DNA of 64,000 bases, from the IMG/VR virus record IMGVR_UViG_3300036773_000146, positions 32,001 through 96,000 of that record; one strand, 5' to 3'. The notes below the pieces were generated by a model. It did not search any database and was not told where the DNA came from. It saw nothing but the letters and a program-made list of their open reading frames with translations. Below are positions 63,070-64,000 of the stretch, in pieces (position 1 is the stretch's first letter; each line of letters starts with the position of its first letter). The translations under genes were made by a program, and so were the position numbers. The DNA comes from a virus.

Positions 63070-63740
63070 TTCTTGTCGCGCAGTTGCAGCGCGGCGGTGG
63101 CGCGGTCGCGCTTGGCGGCCTTGGCCAGCGCCTCGGCGCGGCCCGGGTTCTTCCGGATCCAGGCCAGCGTCGCGGCCTCGTCCAGGACGCGTCGCGGCGA
63201 GGTCATCTCCAGGTATTCCTGGTGGGTGATCTCGCCGTCCGCCTCCAGCTGGCGCAGGCCGTCCTCGCCGAGGTTCAGCGAGCCCAGGCGCGGCTCGCGC
63301 ACGGCGTTGTGGTGGTCGCCCTCGATCACGCCCTCGGTGATCGCCCAGCCCTCCTTGGTGAAGAGGGTCTCCTCGGTGATCCGGCCGTTCGCGCGCTCGA
63401 CCTCATCGAGGTGGTTGAACAGGGTGGCCTTGAGCTGTGCCTCGCTGACCTTCAGGGCCTTGGCGACCGGCTTGAGCGAGGCCAGCGCGCCGACCACAGC
63501 CTTCTGCTCGGCCGGAGAGAGCTGACGGTGGCCGTCGGGCAGGGCCAGATTCGCCAGCTGGCTGGCCAGGTCGAGCAGTGCAGCCGAGGACGCGTTCAGC
63601 TCCGGGCTCTGCGGCAGCGGCGTGGTGGGCGCCTTTTCCGCGACCGGCTCGGGCAGCGCGGCCTTGAGCACGTCGGAGACGGTGGCCTTTGGCTTGGCGA
63701 GGGCCAGGCTCACGGACGGGGTCGGGACGAGTTCGGACAT
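63066..63740 (-). CDS. hypothetical protein
   Basis: ATG after start motif at 63746-63757. Confidence 0.7.
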   Translation of the reverse strand: MSELVPTPSVSLALAKPKATVSDVLKAALPEPVAEKAPTTPLPQSPELNASSAALLDLASQLANLALPDGHRQLSPAEQKAVVGALASLKPVAKALKVSEAQLKATLFNHLDEVERANGRITEETLFTKEGWAITEGVIEGDHHNAVREPRLGSLNLGEDGLRQLEADGEITHQEYLEMTSPRRVLDEAATLAWIRKNPGRAEALAKAAKRDRATAALQLRDKK

Positions 63741-63811
63741 CTGCGCCTCCTGTGCGGCTGTGGTGTCTGCCGAGTCAGCATAGCGCACTCACTCAGAATT
63801 TCAAGTGAGGG

Positions 63812-64000
63812 TCAGTAGCCCAGGATCTCGCGGCGGTCGGCGGCGGAGACGTAGTTCTCCTCGCCGCCCTCGGTAGTGAGTGCGTCGTGGTCGCGGTTGC
63901 GGGTCAGCACCTTGCGCACGATGCCCTCCTCCACGGTGTTCTCGGCGATCAGGGTGTAGCAGGTCACCGACGGGTGACCGGAGCCGATGCGGTGCACCCG
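63812..64000 (-). CDS. SNF2-family helicase, C-terminal end (partial)
   Basis: RVHRIG....V..Y.LI..NTVEE.I. Confidence 0.8.
   Translation of the reverse strand, partial: RVHRIGSGHPSVTCYTLIAENTVEEGIVRKVLTRNRDHDALTTEGGEENYVSAADRREILGY

Noticed and set aside
1-64000. tRNA, rRNA or structured ncRNA genes
   Set aside because: No cloverleaf or rRNA-like stretch recognised by eye and intergenic gaps are short; tRNAscan/Infernal not run.

Overview
High-GC window from a large actinobacterial phage or phage-plasmid (terminase plus a full replisome; no host housekeeping genes, tRNAs or CRISPR seen). Almost all real genes are on the minus strand with 1-8 nt stop/start overlaps. 41-64 kb holds the terminase and replication/recombination genes: SNF2-type helicase end, 5'-3' exonuclease, DnaB, intein-split DnaG, J-domain protein, SSB, DnaE, RecA, Hjc-like and RuvC-like resolvases and a Cas4-like nuclease. 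35.9-40 kb is a His-rich effector block: an Arr-like ADP-ribosyltransferase and a 935-aa polyvalent protein (ParB-like, ART-like, RelE-like, zincin, nucleotidyltransferase). 1-35 kb is an accessory region of short gene cassettes. Fifteen SigA-type promoters (TTGnnn-N17/18-TAGnnT) each overlap a 16-bp palindrome (consensus CTACCCGATCGGGTAG). Nineteen genes share a start-associated leader motif, (AG)CCGCACNGGAGG, that resembles 16S rRNA helix 45. A lone plus-strand island (25.0-28.05 kb) encodes a DUF2637-like protein and a TraB/FtsK-like translocase typical of actinomycete conjugative elements. Other highlights: a small protein ending in an amyloid-signalling-like motif, an RMF-like protein, a probable ATC start codon, and an EndoVII homing endonuclease that duplicated its host gene's tail. 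All family calls come from motif recognition by eye, not database searches.
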